A stretch of 64,000 bases of DNA. Source: an uncultured Eubacteriales bacterium (GTDB lineage Bacteria > Bacillota > Clostridia > Oscillospirales > CAG-272). The notes under the pieces are model-generated. The model was not told the DNA's origin and searched no databases. It saw nothing but the letters and a program-made list of their open reading frames with translations. Of the stretch, positions 7,741-17,094 are shown piece by piece (within the stretch, counting starts at the first letter, position 1; each line of letters begins with the position of its first letter). Location: assembly GCA_900546315.1 (NCBI GenBank), contig URCP01000001.1:2852-66851 (forward strand), in the 5' to 3' direction. The translations under genes and the position numbers were made by a program.

Positions 7741-7771
7741 GAACGCTCGCGGGAGTGAGCGTTCGGTTTAT
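7741..7771 (+). promoter_or_regulatory. Leader hairpin (possible attenuator)
   Basis: GAACGCTC (7741-7748) pairs with GAGCGTTC (7757-7764), followed by GGTTTAT. Confidence 0.35.
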
Positions 7772-7778
7772 CCCCACA

Positions 7779-7796
7779 GGTTAGCAACTGCTAACT
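7779..7796. promoter_or_regulatory. Operator-like palindrome S5 (GGTTAGC-AACT-GCTAACT) 22 nt upstream of the DUF2325 start codon
   Basis: TTAGCAACTGCTAA at 7781-7794. The flank GCTAACTCAAGG matches the flank GCTAATCAAGG of the feoA-proximal site. Confidence 0.55.
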
Positions 7797-7816
7797 CAAG
7801 GAAAAGGAGTTAACAA

Positions 7817-8107
7817 ATGAGTGTTGTGATAATAGGCGGCAACGAGTGCATGACCCGCCGCTACAAGGATATCTGCGAGGAATATGACTGCGACGCGAAG
7901 GTATACGCGAAAATGAGCGACGGAATCCGCGGGATAGGCTCCCCGGACCTTATCGTCCTCTTCACGGCGACAATGTCGCACAAGATGCTGCACGCTGTTA
8001 TACGCGAGACGAAGGGGCAGGACGTCCGCATAGCGCGCAGCCAGTCGAGCTCGGTCTCGGCTCTGAAGAATCTGCTTGAAGAGCACACCGGATGTCTGAG
8101 GAACTGA
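7817..8107 (+). CDS. DUF2325-like small protein
   Basis: Sequence VVIIGGNECMTRRYKDICEEYDCDAKVY...IVLFTATMSHKMLHAV is recognised as the DUF2325 pattern. AAGGAG RBS. Confidence 0.6.
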   Translation: MSVVIIGGNECMTRRYKDICEEYDCDAKVYAKMSDGIRGIGSPDLIVLFTATMSHKMLHAVIRETKGQDVRIARSQSSSVSALKNLLEEHTGCLRN

Positions 8108-8640
8108 TAGTCGACTTCGCGTCACCGACCCTCGCCGGGATAAAGACCGGGAGCCTATTCTCGGGAGAGTGCGGCGGAAAAGAGGAGCTCTCCGAATTCG
8201 CCGCGCGGATGAACCGCCGCCTGACGCCGCACGGGCTCAGGCTGATGCCGCTCAGGTTCAACGAGAAGCGCGCGCTGATGTATATCTACCGCCCGGAAAG
8301 GCTCCGTGAGGATCTCGACGACCCGCTGGCGAAGGAAATACTCGGCGCGCTCGGATACCCGCTTGAGAGCGGCGGACGCTGCATCGCGAAGCTCGCGAAA
8401 AGAGTGCGCGAAAACAAGACTTTTCCGCACGAGATCGGACTTTTCCTCGGATATCCGTCAGAGGATGTCAAAGGCTTCATCTCTGGCGAGAAACCGAAAT
8501 GCACAGGCATGTGGAAAGTCTACGGCAACATCGACTCCGCGAAGTCAAAATTTGACGCCTACCGTAACTGCACGCGCATCATGCGCGAATACTACCGCAG
8601 GACAAAATCGATGGATAAACTCATCATGGGTTGTTCATAA
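8092..8640 (+). CDS. DUF3793-like protein
   Basis: N-terminal SPTLAGIKTGSLF and HEIGLFLGYPSEDVKGF motifs are recognised as DUF3793. Overlaps the upstream gene by 16 nt. Confidence 0.6.
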   Translation: MSEELIVDFASPTLAGIKTGSLFSGECGGKEELSEFAARMNRRLTPHGLRLMPLRFNEKRALMYIYRPERLREDLDDPLAKEILGALGYPLESGGRCIAKLAKRVRENKTFPHEIGLFLGYPSEDVKGFISGEKPKCTGMWKVYGNIDSAKSKFDAYRNCTRIMREYYRRTKSMDKLIMGCS

Positions 8641-8699
8641 TACCCGTCGGAAGTGACCGACAAAATTTTTATAATAATCTAAGAAAGGGAATACCAATT

Positions 8700-9119
8700 A
8701 TGAAAACAGCAGTTGTATACTGGAGCGGAACAGGAAACACCGAAACGATGGCGAACGCCGTCGCGGAGGGAGCGAAGAAGAAGGGCGCGGAGGTCACTCT
8801 CATGACGTCCGCTGAATTCGACGCGTCGATGATCGACAATTTCGACACGATAGCTTTCGGCTGCCCGGCAATGGGAGCTGAGGTCCTCGAGGAAGAGGAA
8901 TTCGAGCCGATGTTCTCCGCCTGCGAGCCGAAGCTGAATGGCAAGAAGATAGCGCTCTTCGGTTCCTACGGCTGGGGAGACGGCGAGTGGATGAGAAACT
9001 GGGAGGAGGCTTGCAAGGCTGACGGCGCGATCCTCGCCTGCGACAGCGTTATCTGCAACGACGCTCCGGATGACAACGGAATCGCCGAGTGCGAAGCTCT
9101 CGGCGCCGCTCTCGCGTAA
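8700..9119 (+). CDS. Short-chain flavodoxin
   Basis: MKTAVVYWSGTGNTE FMN-phosphate loop and GSYGWGDGEW motif. The ATG at 8700 follows AAAGGGA. The ORF-track start at 8631 is an upstream extension. Confidence 0.9.
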   Translation: MKTAVVYWSGTGNTETMANAVAEGAKKKGAEVTLMTSAEFDASMIDNFDTIAFGCPAMGAEVLEEEEFEPMFSACEPKLNGKKIALFGSYGWGDGEWMRNWEEACKADGAILACDSVICNDAPDDNGIAECEALGAALA

Positions 9120-9130
9120 AAGACAAAAAT

Positions 9131-9162
9131 AAGTCCGGACGATATCCGCCCGGGCTTTTTTC
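9131..9162 (+). terminator. Terminator after flavodoxin
   Basis: AAGTCCGG (9131-9138) pairs with CCGGGCTT (9150-9157), including one G-U pair, followed by a T-run. Confidence 0.6.
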
Positions 9163-9214
9163 TTGCTCCACACTTCCGGTCATATGTCAGAATTGTAAAT
9201 ATTACGTATTATAC

Positions 9215-9243
9215 TTGAAATCTGCCGCGCAAAATGATACAAT
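9215..9243 (+). promoter_or_regulatory. Promoter of the GDPD gene
   Basis: TTGAAA, 17-nt spacer, TACAAT. Confidence 0.65.
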
Positions 9244-9280
9244 TATTGGTAAAGGGAATCAATGAAAGAAGGAAAGCAAA

Positions 9281-10105
9281 ATGAGATTCGATCTGAGAGA
9301 AACTGCGGCGGACCACACCGTAATCTGTGCCCACCGCGGAATATGGGGAGGAAACATCCCATGCAACAACATAAAAGCCTACGACATAGCCCTCTCGCAG
9401 GGAGCGGACATGGTCGAAATAGACGTGACCAGAGCCGCAGACGGCGAGCTGTTCATCTTCCATCCCGGCATGGAACCGGCTCATCTCGGGAAGAGCGTCG
9501 ACATACGGAAAATGAACTCGGACGAGATCCGCGAGCTCCGTTATGTGAACTACGACAACGTCCCGACGACAACAGGACTGAACACACTCGATGAGGTGCT
9601 CGAACACCTGAAAGGCAAATGCTTCATAAACGTCGACAAATTCGGCGACAACCCGACGGAGATCATCGCGGATATCGCGCGGCACGACATGAAGGACCAG
9701 ATAGTCCTCAAATGCGCGCCGGACGAGGCGAGCCTCTCTGTCATCGAGAAGTACGCGTCGGATATCCAGTTTCTGCCGGTAATATGGAAGGACAACGGCA
9801 CGCACGAGATGCTTAAAAACCGGGATATAAACTACGTCGGCGCGGAGCTTCTTTTCAGGAACGAAAACGAGGACGTCGGAAGAGCCGACTACCGCGAACT
9901 GCTACACCGCGATAGAAAGCTCTGCTGGATAAACACGATAGTTTACGACTACAGAGCGGTCATCTCAGCCGGACATACCGACGACGCGGCGCTCTGCGGC
10001 GACCCGGCCTCCGGCTGGGGCTGGAGCGCGGACAACTTTGATATAATCCAGACCGACTGGGTCCTCGCGCTTAAGGACTACCTGAAAAAGACCGGAAGAA
10101 AATGA
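9281..10105 (+). CDS. Glycerophosphodiester phosphodiesterase family protein
   Basis: ICAHRG...N catalytic His-Arg motif, then MVEIDV (E-x-D). Confidence 0.75.
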   Translation: MRFDLRETAADHTVICAHRGIWGGNIPCNNIKAYDIALSQGADMVEIDVTRAADGELFIFHPGMEPAHLGKSVDIRKMNSDEIRELRYVNYDNVPTTTGLNTLDEVLEHLKGKCFINVDKFGDNPTEIIADIARHDMKDQIVLKCAPDEASLSVIEKYASDIQFLPVIWKDNGTHEMLKNRDINYVGAELLFRNENEDVGRADYRELLHRDRKLCWINTIVYDYRAVISAGHTDDAALCGDPASGWGWSADNFDIIQTDWVLALKDYLKKTGRK

Positions 10106-10111
10106 GTCGGA

Positions 10112-10148
10112 AAAATATCCCGAGGGGAGCGTCCCTTCGGGATATTTT
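10112..10148 (+). terminator. Terminator after the GDPD gene
   Basis: ATATCCCGAGGGGA pairs with TCCCTTCGGGATAT, followed by TTTTGT. An A-run upstream could allow bidirectional use. Confidence 0.75.
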
Positions 10149-10152
10149 GTAT

Positions 10153-10206
10153 GGAAACACTGAATAACCCGGGTTTTCGCGAAAGCAGCCTTAAATCAGT
10201 GTTTCC
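10153..10206. repeat. Palindromic repeat element, copy A (short form)
   Basis: GGAAACACTGA (10153-10163) pairs with TCAGTGTTTCC (10196-10206) around an inner TTTCGCGAAA palindrome. It aligns with copies at 61325-61414 and 62549-62637 and has a central deletion relative to them. Confidence 0.8.
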
Positions 10207-11028
10207 TTATATCTCGCATATATACATCCCGCCGGCGGTGGGTTCGTCCGGGCGGGGCTTTTTCGCCTTCGCGGTTGTTATGTACATGGTGTTCCCGTGG
10301 ACGCAGCAGGCAGTGACGTCCTTTACAGGAAGGAAAATCGTATCCATGATCTTTCCGTCCGGCGAATAAATGCAGACACGCCCGCCGCCGTCGCACTCCG
10401 CGACGCAAATACGCCCGTCGGAAAGGACGCACATTCCGTCCGGCAGCCCGCCGTCAGTCACCGTGTGAAAGACACGGCGCTCGCTGACGTCCCCGGTCGC
10501 GTGGTCGTAATCGTAGGCGTAGATGTTCGCCGACGGCGTGTCGATAAAATAGAAGACTTTGCCGTCGGGTGAGAAGCCCATGCCGTTCGCCGTTGTGGCG
10601 CCGGTGATGATCTTCTTCGCTGTGCCGTCCGGGGATATCGAAAAACAGCCGCTCATGCCGGTCATGGGCTCTGAGTCGCCCTTCGTTCCGACGAGTATAC
10701 GCCCCTCGGGGTCGATACAGCCGTCGTTGTACCTGAACCTCGTATCGGTCTCAGGATGAGCTATAAGAGTGAGCTCGCCATTATCCGGGTCAAAGGCGTA
10801 AACGCCGTCCTTAAGCGCCGCGGCGAGTCTTCCGTCTGGCATCAGAGCTATCCAGCCGACGAGCGACGGCATCGTGTAGGTTCCGCACGAGTGGTCCTCC
10901 GGAGATATCGCGAAGATACGTCCCTTTCGTATCTCGATCGCCCAGACGACGTTTCTCTTTTCGTCATAGCACGGATTCTCGAGCAGCACCGCGCTGTTGT
11001 AATAGAATAATTCCGCTTGTTTCTCCAT
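10207..11028 (-). CDS. SMP-30/gluconolactonase/LRE-family protein
   Basis: Beta-propeller-type sequence (NPCYDEKRNVVWAIEI..., RYNDGCIDPEGR, ANGMGFSPDGK, PDGMCV). The ATG at 11028 lies just after the upstream gene's stop. Confidence 0.8.
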   Translation of the reverse strand: MEKQAELFYYNSAVLLENPCYDEKRNVVWAIEIRKGRIFAISPEDHSCGTYTMPSLVGWIALMPDGRLAAALKDGVYAFDPDNGELTLIAHPETDTRFRYNDGCIDPEGRILVGTKGDSEPMTGMSGCFSISPDGTAKKIITGATTANGMGFSPDGKVFYFIDTPSANIYAYDYDHATGDVSERRVFHTVTDGGLPDGMCVLSDGRICVAECDGGGRVCIYSPDGKIMDTIFLPVKDVTACCVHGNTMYITTAKAKKPRPDEPTAGGMYICEI

Positions 11029-11029
11029 T

Positions 11030-11554
11030 TTATAAAATCTCCGTTTGCCGGTCCGCGCCATTCGCGGGGTGTCTCACCGGCTGGTGCGACGCGATGTACC
11101 TCTCGAGTATCGACGCCGTTTCGGCACAGATATCGCCGCACGGGCGTTTTCTGTAATATTCGCTCGTCCGCTCCGACGGGCGAAGCGGGTCCGTCTCCGC
11201 CTCACGGATACCGAGCAGCTCACGGCAGATTATCGTTCCATGCTCCGCGCGGAATGACGACGCTATATCCTGTACGACGGCGTAGACTCTCGCTTTGCCG
11301 TCGCGCTTCTCCTCATCTGTCGACGGGTCTTCACCGCCATACAGCTGCGCTACGACGAACAGAGCGCCGGACAATGTCCCGCAAACCTCGCGCATACGCC
11401 CCATCCCGCCGCCGAACGGCTGAGACAGCCTGAGCACGAGCGTTTCAGGAAGCCCGATGACATCGGCGTAAGCGCCCGCGACCGACTGAGCGCAGTTGTA
11501 GCCGGAGAGAAACAGCTCCTTCGCGCGTCTTCCGCGCCCGGTTATCTCAGTCAT
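11030..11554 (-). CDS. C_GCAxxG_C_C-family redox-like protein
   Basis: Motifs GYNCAQSV, EVCGTLSGAL and later Cys residues (CRELL, PCGDIC). Confidence 0.75.
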   Translation of the reverse strand: MTEITGRGRRAKELFLSGYNCAQSVAGAYADVIGLPETLVLRLSQPFGGGMGRMREVCGTLSGALFVVAQLYGGEDPSTDEEKRDGKARVYAVVQDIASSFRAEHGTIICRELLGIREAETDPLRPSERTSEYYRKRPCGDICAETASILERYIASHQPVRHPANGADRQTEIL

Positions 11555-12282
11555 CTGTCCTTCGCCAGGCGGTTGCGCTTCTTTATGCCGCGGACATCTC
11601 GGAGCATCTTCAGGCTGTCACGGAAGACATTGACCTTGCTCGCGCGGTGGTTTATGACCTTGACCGGCATCTCGCGTATCACAGCGCCCATATTCTTCGC
11701 CTTTATAAGCGCCTCGAAATCGAACGCGAAGCCGTCCACCTCACAGGTGCTGAATATCTTCCGCGCGGTCTCCCGTCTGAAGCACTTGAAGCCGCACTGC
11801 GAGTCGCTGAGCCTGAACCCCGCCGCGAGCGCGAGGCACTTTATATACGTCTTCGACGCGATCTTCCGGAGCAGCGTGTAGCCCTCGTAGCCGTCCTTTG
11901 AGAGGTTTCTCGACCCGATTATGATATCAGCCTCCGGGTCCTTCTCAAAGCGCTCCACAGCCTCCGCGACGACGTCGAGACCGTACGCGAGGTCGCAGTC
12001 GGTGAAGATTACGATATTCCCTTCGGCGGCGAGGACGCCGGTGCGTATCGCGCAGCCCTTTCCGCGGTTCGTTTCGTATCCGACCGTCCGTATATGATCG
12101 TCGCCGAAGGACTCAACCTTAGCGCGGCACCCGTCGGTGCTGCCGTCGTCCGAGAAGATCACCTCGTAATCATATCCGTCCCGGTTCCCGAAGGTCTTCT
12201 TCATATATTCCGAAACCGTCCGCAGTGTCGCGTCGATTATTCCGGATTCATTGTACATTGGTATGCAGAGTGAAATTTTCAT
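11551..12282 (-). CDS. Family-2 glycosyltransferase (dolichyl-phosphate glucosyltransferase-like)
   Basis: Sequence SLCIPMYNESG...VIFSDDGSTDG...NRGKGCAIRTG...TDCDL. Confidence 0.8.
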   Translation of the reverse strand: MKISLCIPMYNESGIIDATLRTVSEYMKKTFGNRDGYDYEVIFSDDGSTDGCRAKVESFGDDHIRTVGYETNRGKGCAIRTGVLAAEGNIVIFTDCDLAYGLDVVAEAVERFEKDPEADIIIGSRNLSKDGYEGYTLLRKIASKTYIKCLALAAGFRLSDSQCGFKCFRRETARKIFSTCEVDGFAFDFEALIKAKNMGAVIREMPVKVINHRASKVNVFRDSLKMLRDVRGIKKRNRLAKDR

Positions 12283-12310
12283 CTGATTTTACCTTTCATG
12301 AAGGTCAATA

Positions 12311-13144
12311 TTATTTTTTCCGGTAGACGAATATATCGAAATCCGCCGTCACGTCAAGCGAGTCTATCGCGTCGAGCTTCGACATATCCTCCTTCGACGT
12401 GCGGAACGCGTACGGAGTCATAAGAAACAGCGCGCGCAGAGCCTCGCTCCCGCAATTAAAGGAATAGCTCAGCTCCTCCGCCGACACCTCTTCGAATCCC
12501 TCCGGAAGGTCGCGTCTGCCATCGTTTTCGTACGCCTCAGCGTAGACCGCCCTTTTCAGCTCATAGAGGTGTCTTCTCCCGGCGGCGCCGACAATCAGGT
12601 ATCCGCCGGGTCTCAGCACCCTCGCGAACTCGTTCTCGGCAATCGGAGCAAAAAGACTTATTACGGCGTCGGCGCACCTGTCGACGACCGGCATCTCAAA
12701 TACGCTCGAAACGGCGAAGGACGCGCCGCTGCCGCTCTTCTTCGCCCTCTTCGCGGCGTGATCGCAGGCATGCTTTGACAGGTCGAAGCCTATGACGTCC
12801 GCGGTTCTTCCGGAAGCTCTGAGCGACACCGCGAGGCGGTCGGTATAGTATCCCTCTCCGCACCCGGCGTCGATGACGACGGCGTTTTTTACCGTCTCAA
12901 GCGCCCTTGACACCGTCGAGTTTATCACGTCCGAAAACCGCTCATAGCTTCCCCCGTCAAGGAAGGAAGTGCGCGAGCGGACCATGTCCCTGTCGTCGCC
13001 GGAGGTGCCGGACGCCCTCGTGAGCGTCACGTATCCGCTCCTCGCGATGTCAAAGCAGTGACGCTTCGGGCAGAAAAGGCTGTTCCCCTCTCTCGTCATC
13101 CCGCCGCCGCAGACCGGACAGCGCAGTATATCTTCTCCCGCCAT
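12311..13144 (-). CDS. RlmA-like rRNA (guanine-N1) methyltransferase with N-terminal zinc ribbon
   Basis: CPVCGG...LFCPKRHCFDIARSGYVTL zinc-ribbon pattern, then the SAM motif DAGCGEGYY. Confidence 0.7.
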   Translation of the reverse strand: MAGEDILRCPVCGGGMTREGNSLFCPKRHCFDIARSGYVTLTRASGTSGDDRDMVRSRTSFLDGGSYERFSDVINSTVSRALETVKNAVVIDAGCGEGYYTDRLAVSLRASGRTADVIGFDLSKHACDHAAKRAKKSGSGASFAVSSVFEMPVVDRCADAVISLFAPIAENEFARVLRPGGYLIVGAAGRRHLYELKRAVYAEAYENDGRRDLPEGFEEVSAEELSYSFNCGSEALRALFLMTPYAFRTSKEDMSKLDAIDSLDVTADFDIFVYRKK

Positions 13145-13145
13145 A

Positions 13146-14219
13146 TTACTTCTCCACCTTTATGAGCTTCGCGTGGAGCGCGTAGCGCCCGGTGCTCGTG
13201 AAGCTGTTCGTGCAGGTCGAGAGCGTTATTATGTGGTCGCTCCCCGTGAACTTCATGTTCTTGTTGTACAGCGACTGCTCCTGCATCTTTTCACAGAAGG
13301 ACACGAAGTCCGCGTCGTCCTGAAAACGCATCCTGAAATACTGGAAGGTCGAGATCGTCTCGAATATCGCGAACGGCTCATAGGTATAGATCCCGTCGAG
13401 CGTGTATATCGTGATGTTCGTCGAGTTGAAGAAGTCCTCGTCGAGGAACTTCGTCACGTTGTTGAACATCGTGCCGTTGTTCATGTTGTGCCCATAGAGG
13501 ACCGTGTTGCGGTTGTACTCCATGTTCTTGTACGCGCGGTAGTCGGCGAAGATCGAGCCGCACGCCATGTACTCGTTTGTGTAGGCGTGATCGAGGTAGT
13601 AATCGTTGTCCTCCCCCTGCACGATCGGGAGCTGTATCTTCGTGTCCGGGACATAGATATAGCCGTATACGTCCGGGTTCGTCGTCTGGAGATACTGTAT
13701 GTTCGCCTTCATCCGCTCGAAGTCGGCGTTGTAGCTGCCGGTGCCGTATTCCTCCTCGAGCTCGCTGCCGTCGGAAGAAAGCCCGGTGTAATAGTCGGCT
13801 GTCGGAGCGCTCTGTCTCGATTGCAGCGCCATCGCCACCGCGTGGTCGCCGCCGCCGAGGGTTCCGTCGAACATATTGTCCGCGATCGAGCTGTAGAGGT
13901 CGTCGCCGCGCTTGTAGTCGACAAAGCTCCTGACAAGCGTCCCGCCGCTCCACAGAAACACTCCGACGCAGGCGACCGTGATCGTCTTGCGTATTATCTC
14001 GCCTATCAGATCGGACGCCGACATTTTCTTCTTTTCCGGCGCGGGCGCGATATCGTCTGGCGTGAGGTCGTTCAGCGAGCGCAGGAAATTCTCCGACTCC
14101 GAGCACTCTACCGGCGTCAGCTCATATATATCGTCGCCGGTCCCGACCGCGGTCTTTTTTTTTCCGAAGACATCGGACAGAGCGGCGCGTATCCTGTCTT
14201 TTATATCATTAAAATTCAA
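13146..14219 (-). CDS. srtB: Class B-like sortase with a long N-terminal membrane-anchored extension
   Basis: LYGHNM motif and catalytic TLSTCT near the C-terminus. TTG start 8 nt after GGAGG. Confidence 0.8.
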   Translation of the reverse strand: MNFNDIKDRIRAALSDVFGKKKTAVGTGDDIYELTPVECSESENFLRSLNDLTPDDIAPAPEKKKMSASDLIGEIIRKTITVACVGVFLWSGGTLVRSFVDYKRGDDLYSSIADNMFDGTLGGGDHAVAMALQSRQSAPTADYYTGLSSDGSELEEEYGTGSYNADFERMKANIQYLQTTNPDVYGYIYVPDTKIQLPIVQGEDNDYYLDHAYTNEYMACGSIFADYRAYKNMEYNRNTVLYGHNMNNGTMFNNVTKFLDEDFFNSTNITIYTLDGIYTYEPFAIFETISTFQYFRMRFQDDADFVSFCEKMQEQSLYNKNMKFTGSDHIITLSTCTNSFTSTGRYALHAKLIKVEK

Positions 14220-14253
14220 AAAAACGTCCTCCGTTAATTACTTATACGGAATA

Positions 14254-14282
14254 ATTATAACCCAACCGGCGGAGAATTGCAA
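14254..14282 (-). promoter_or_regulatory. Promoter of the sortase-led operon
   Basis: On the minus strand: TTGCAA, 17-nt spacer, TATAAT. Confidence 0.65.
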
Positions 14283-14353
14283 GGGTTTCGGCGAATCTTT
14301 CCGGATATTGTTACAGATAGATAATATTTTGCCCGCAAATATCCGGAAACAGT

Positions 14354-14397
14354 CAAAAAAAAGCGGACGGCAGCCACACTCCGGTATGACCGCCGCC
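14354..14397 (-). terminator. Probable terminator after the XRE regulator gene
   Basis: An imperfect GC-rich stem is followed by T8 on the minus strand (A8 at 14354-14362 on the plus strand). Confidence 0.5.
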
Positions 14398-14430
14398 AAC
14401 AGTATCCATTTTATCAGATCATCAGGCTCA

Positions 14431-15189
14431 TCAGAACGCCGTAATGAGCGAGAGAAGAGGTACGATGAACGCCTTATCGTTACGGACGCGCACCCCGTCA
14501 GCTTTCCGCTCCACGAAGGCGTCGAGCTTTTCGAGCGCCTTTTCGGTATCCTCTTCGCAAAGTCTGCTCTTGCCGGATATTTCGCCGACAGAGACATAGC
14601 TGTCATCAGAGGAATAAGTCAGGTCGAAGACCGCGATCATCACTCTCAGAGAATCCTCATCCGAGAACAGCCGCATGGCACGGGCAGCGTCCTTTATCTG
14701 GCTGTCGCATGCAAAGCGGCACTTGTTGTCAGAGAAGATGACCGTACCGCCGTTCATGACGGTCGATATCTCCGGCGTTCCGACAGTCGAGCTTCCCCAC
14801 TCGCCGCGCTCCGCGTGATCTATTGCGCTCTCCGGATCGAATCCGGGATTGCCCTCATCAGCCATCAGGCGCGAGATAAGTGAGGCGTGGGTCACAAGCG
14901 CCAGCTTCAGCGCGCAGTCATAGGCTTCTTTTTCCGGGAGAGAGCCCATAGCCTTTCTGACCGCCCCGACGGCGTCCGCGGGCTCATCTTCCTTCACGTC
15001 ATGACCAAAGAGCTCGTCTGTCGTGACGCCGAAATAGTCCGCTATCTCCGGTATCAGGGATATATCCGGGCAGCACTGTGAAGACTCCCATTTTGAGACC
15101 GCCTGATTCGTCACGCCGAGCGCCCTTGCGAGCTCCTCCTGCGTTATGTTCTTTCTCTTTCTGAGCTCCGCTATTTTTTCGTTTATCAT
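14431..15189 (-). CDS. XRE-family HTH regulator with a C-terminal domain of unknown function
   Basis: Sequence LRKRKNITQEELARALGVTNQAVSKWESSQCCPDISLIPEIADYFGVTTDELFG. Confidence 0.8.
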   Translation of the reverse strand: MINEKIAELRKRKNITQEELARALGVTNQAVSKWESSQCCPDISLIPEIADYFGVTTDELFGHDVKEDEPADAVGAVRKAMGSLPEKEAYDCALKLALVTHASLISRLMADEGNPGFDPESAIDHAERGEWGSSTVGTPEISTVMNGGTVIFSDNKCRFACDSQIKDAARAMRLFSDEDSLRVMIAVFDLTYSSDDSYVSVGEISGKSRLCEEDTEKALEKLDAFVERKADGVRVRNDKAFIVPLLSLITAF

Positions 15190-15240
15190 GTTTCTCCATT
15201 CCTTTCTGATGATATGAGAACAACTCCCTCATCTGATTCA

Positions 15241-15269
15241 ATTATATCAGATAAGAGAGTTGAAATCAA
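15241..15269 (-). promoter_or_regulatory. Promoter of the XRE regulator gene, with an overlapping inverted repeat
   Basis: On the minus strand: TTGATT, 17-nt spacer, TATAAT. ATCTGAT...ATCAGAT arms flank the -10 box, which is compatible with autoregulation. Confidence 0.6.
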
Positions 15270-15324
15270 TAACGGTGTGGTTTGAGCCGAAAATTCATTT
15301 TCCAACCGTAGGTTGGATGGACAA

Positions 15325-16566
<1,242 letters not shown>

Positions 16567-16581
16567 TTTATTTTTCTCCTT

Positions 16582-17094
16582 TTATTTCAGTTCAATCCAA
16601 TATCTTCTGACGAGTACTCCGTCATCGTCGACTTTGTTCTCGAGCACGCCGCCGTTGTTCTCTATTGACTTCGCCGAGCCGATGTTCGTGTCGTCGCATA
16701 CCATCAGAACCCGGTCGATTCCGAGCTTTTTACACTCTCCGAGCGCGAGAGCGATCATTTTTGTCGCGATTCCCTTACGGCGCTCCGACGGTCTCACGCC
16801 GTCGCCGATGTGCCCGCCAGCGAAGAGCAGACCATCGTTCAGATAATGCCGTATATCGACCGCTCCGACGAAGATATTCCGTTCCTCGTCGAGACAGAAC
16901 AGCGTTGTCGCGGGAACAAGCCCGTCGCGCTCCTCTGTAAGCTCGAGTTCATTTATGTAGCCCTCAAAATCGCGGAAATCATGTCTCCGTATCGCCGCCG
17001 GAAGGATATGCTCGCCGCTCGCGGTCCACTCGGTCATCATATCCTCCAGCTGCGGGCGGTATTCCTCAGTCAGTCTGACAAGCTTCAGTTTCAC
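16582..17094 (-). CDS. GNAT-family N-acetyltransferase
   Basis: Acetyl-CoA motif RRKGIATKMIALALGECKKLG. Confidence 0.75.
   Translation of the reverse strand: MKLKLVRLTEEYRPQLEDMMTEWTASGEHILPAAIRRHDFRDFEGYINELELTEERDGLVPATTLFCLDEERNIFVGAVDIRHYLNDGLLFAGGHIGDGVRPSERRKGIATKMIALALGECKKLGIDRVLMVCDDTNIGSAKSIENNGGVLENKVDDDGVLVRRYWIELK

Noticed and set aside
10151-10369. 72-aa ORF starting inside the palindromic repeat, copy A
   Set aside because: It begins within the repeat hairpin and then runs antisense to the SMP-30-like gene. It has no RBS.
13173-14237. 354-aa ORF antisense to the sortase gene, plus the 301-aa ORF at 13978-14883
   Set aside because: These are shadow ORFs. The second one spans an intergenic promoter/terminator region and the antisense strand of the XRE gene.
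15290-15324. CCAACC-GTA-GGTTGG hairpin downstream of ahcY as a terminator
   Set aside because: The stem is short (6 bp) and no T-run follows on the transcribed strand. It is too weak to call.
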